Assembly: GCA_030390025.1 (NCBI GenBank)
Contig: CM059432.1
Location: 31,002,001-31,066,000, forward strand
DNA from: Squalus acanthias
Taxonomy: Eukaryota
DNA: 64,000 nucleotides
Reading direction: 5' to 3'
In this document: piece by piece, positions 62,311-64,000 of the stretch
Layout: every line of letters starts with the position of its first letter
Position numbering within the stretch: position 1 is the stretch's first letter
Position numbers and translations under genes: made by a program
The notes under the pieces: generated by a model
What the model was told of the DNA's origin: nothing
Databases searched by the model: none
The model's input: the letters and a program-made list of their open reading frames with translations, nothing else

Positions 62311-63389
62311 CTCATGAACATGACAAAATGGCAGCCATTCTTCATTGGCTCCAGATGTCATTGGAAAGCTAAGTCATGAAGTGGATCTCAGGGTGTCCAG
62401 AGGCACGAGTACTGACTCATTCATAATTTCCTTGCACACCGCCCCCTCCCCGCCCCCCCACCCCACCAAAATATATGGAATAGACAGTTTTTCTTCTTTT
62501 GTAGTTGGGTATGAAAGGGAACTTAAAATAAGCATTAATTGTTCTCGTAATTCCACTGACTTGCTAAAGGATGGAAAGTAAAATTGGTTTACATTTCAAC
62601 GTTGTAACACCTTGACACAAATTGGAAGACATTTCGACCTGTTTATCATATACTCTGCTTTTTCATGAGAAGCACAATCATAGTTGAGGTGTATTTCACA
62701 CATCTCTGTAAAGAAGATTAAACATATCACTTCAGCTACAGCCTGACATTATCCCTGGGAGGCAAGGTAATAACTTGAACACTGTTAATCATTTGTATTG
62801 TGGATTGAAGCAGTTGCCCAGGGTGATGATCAACTTTTATAAGGTGCTTTTACATTGCTTTAGTGCTGTGCTACTGGTGCTGGCTCTCATGCAGCCGACA
62901 GCAACACCAAGTTAATATTATTTGGGTGAGCCTGTTACGTCTCCACAGGCAATGGACCTATTTTAAGAACATTAATGTCAGGCTGGATGCCTCGCTGGCA
63001 GCAGCCCGAAAGTAAGTCCCAGGAGTGAAGGGGTGCAGCGGCTATTAGGCCTCTCATTTACATATGTAAATTTCCTTGGAAGGAAATTACGGCATCTCCA
63101 CATCATTTACATATGTAAGAGACACAACGCATGTTTTAGTCAGCCGTCAGGAAGGCTTGAATAATGGCCCGACCCAATATCACGTCGGACGTCTTTCAGG
63201 TGTACTTTGGGCATGGGCGCAATGAGGTTCAACTTCTACCCCCAAAAGAATCTTGCTTGATTCGCTACTGGTGGGGGAGGGGAGTATATGAAGAAAAACT
63301 GGTCTTCCGGCCTTAGCGAAGCCACCTAGTGAACTTGGACGCTGCCGTCGGCTGGAGCAGATGGCACTTGCATTGCACCAAAACCAATG

Positions 63390-64000
63390 TTTTTTTCAAT
63401 ATTCGTTCATGGAATGTGGGTGTCGCTGGCAAGGCCTGCATTTATTGCCCATCACTAGTTGCCCTTGAGAAGGTAGTGGGGAGCCGCCTTCTTGAACCGC
63501 TGCAGTCCGTGTGGTGAAGGTACTCCCACAGTGCTGTTAGGGAGGGAATTCCAGGATTTTGACCCAGCAACGATGAAGGTTCGACGATATATTTCCAAGT
63601 CAGGATTGTATGTGACTTGGAGGGGAACTTGGAGGTGGTGGTGTTCCCATGCGCCTGCTGCCCTTGTTCTTCTAGGTGGTAGAGGTCGCGGGTTTGGGCG
63701 GTGCTGCTGAAGAAGCCTTGGCGAGTTGCTGCAGTGCATCTTGTAGATGGTATACACTGCAGCCACGGTACGATGGTGCTGGAGGGAGTGAATGTTTACG
63801 GTGGTGGATGGGGTGCCAATCAAGCAGGCTGCTTTATCTTGGATGGTGTCAAGCTTCTTGAGTATTGTTGGAGCTGCACTCATCCAGGCAAGTGAAGAGT
63901 ATTCGATCACACTCCCGACTTGTGCCTTGTAGATGGTGGAAAGGCTTTGGGGAGTCAGGAGGTGAGACACTCGCCGCAGAATACCTAGCCTCTGACCTGC
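63390..64000 (-). mobile_element. Family B LINE 3' portion (runs off the window)
   Basis: ORF 63455-63970 and the shared 3' UTR. Confidence 0.9.

Overview
Vertebrate genomic DNA, almost certainly from an elasmobranch (shark), judged by HE1-type V-SINEs, Deu-domain SINEs and abundant CR1-type LINEs. Most of the window is repetitive. The only host gene I recognise is the 5' end of CRHR2 (corticotropin-releasing factor receptor 2, alpha-type N-terminus) on the + strand: coding exon 1 (35559-35676), a 133-bp intron, exon 2 (35810-35929), then an intron that appears to run past the window end. Upstream lie a decayed Ingi/Vingi-like LINE and a single SINE split by two insertions: a 2.9-kb fold-back (inverted-repeat) Penelope-like element with hammerhead ribozymes at both ends, and a 1.4-kb solo LTR. 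Also upstream are a ~10.6-kb 27-bp minisatellite with higher-order structure, apparently derived from a SINE motif, and a 2-kb GA-rich repeat next to the CRHR2 promoter. Four minimal hammerhead ribozyme motifs from two Penelope families are visible. Nearly all long ORFs in the track are artefacts of tandem repeats or decayed reverse transcriptases. Repeat family names come from recalled consensus motifs, not database searches, and most repeat boundaries are approximate.
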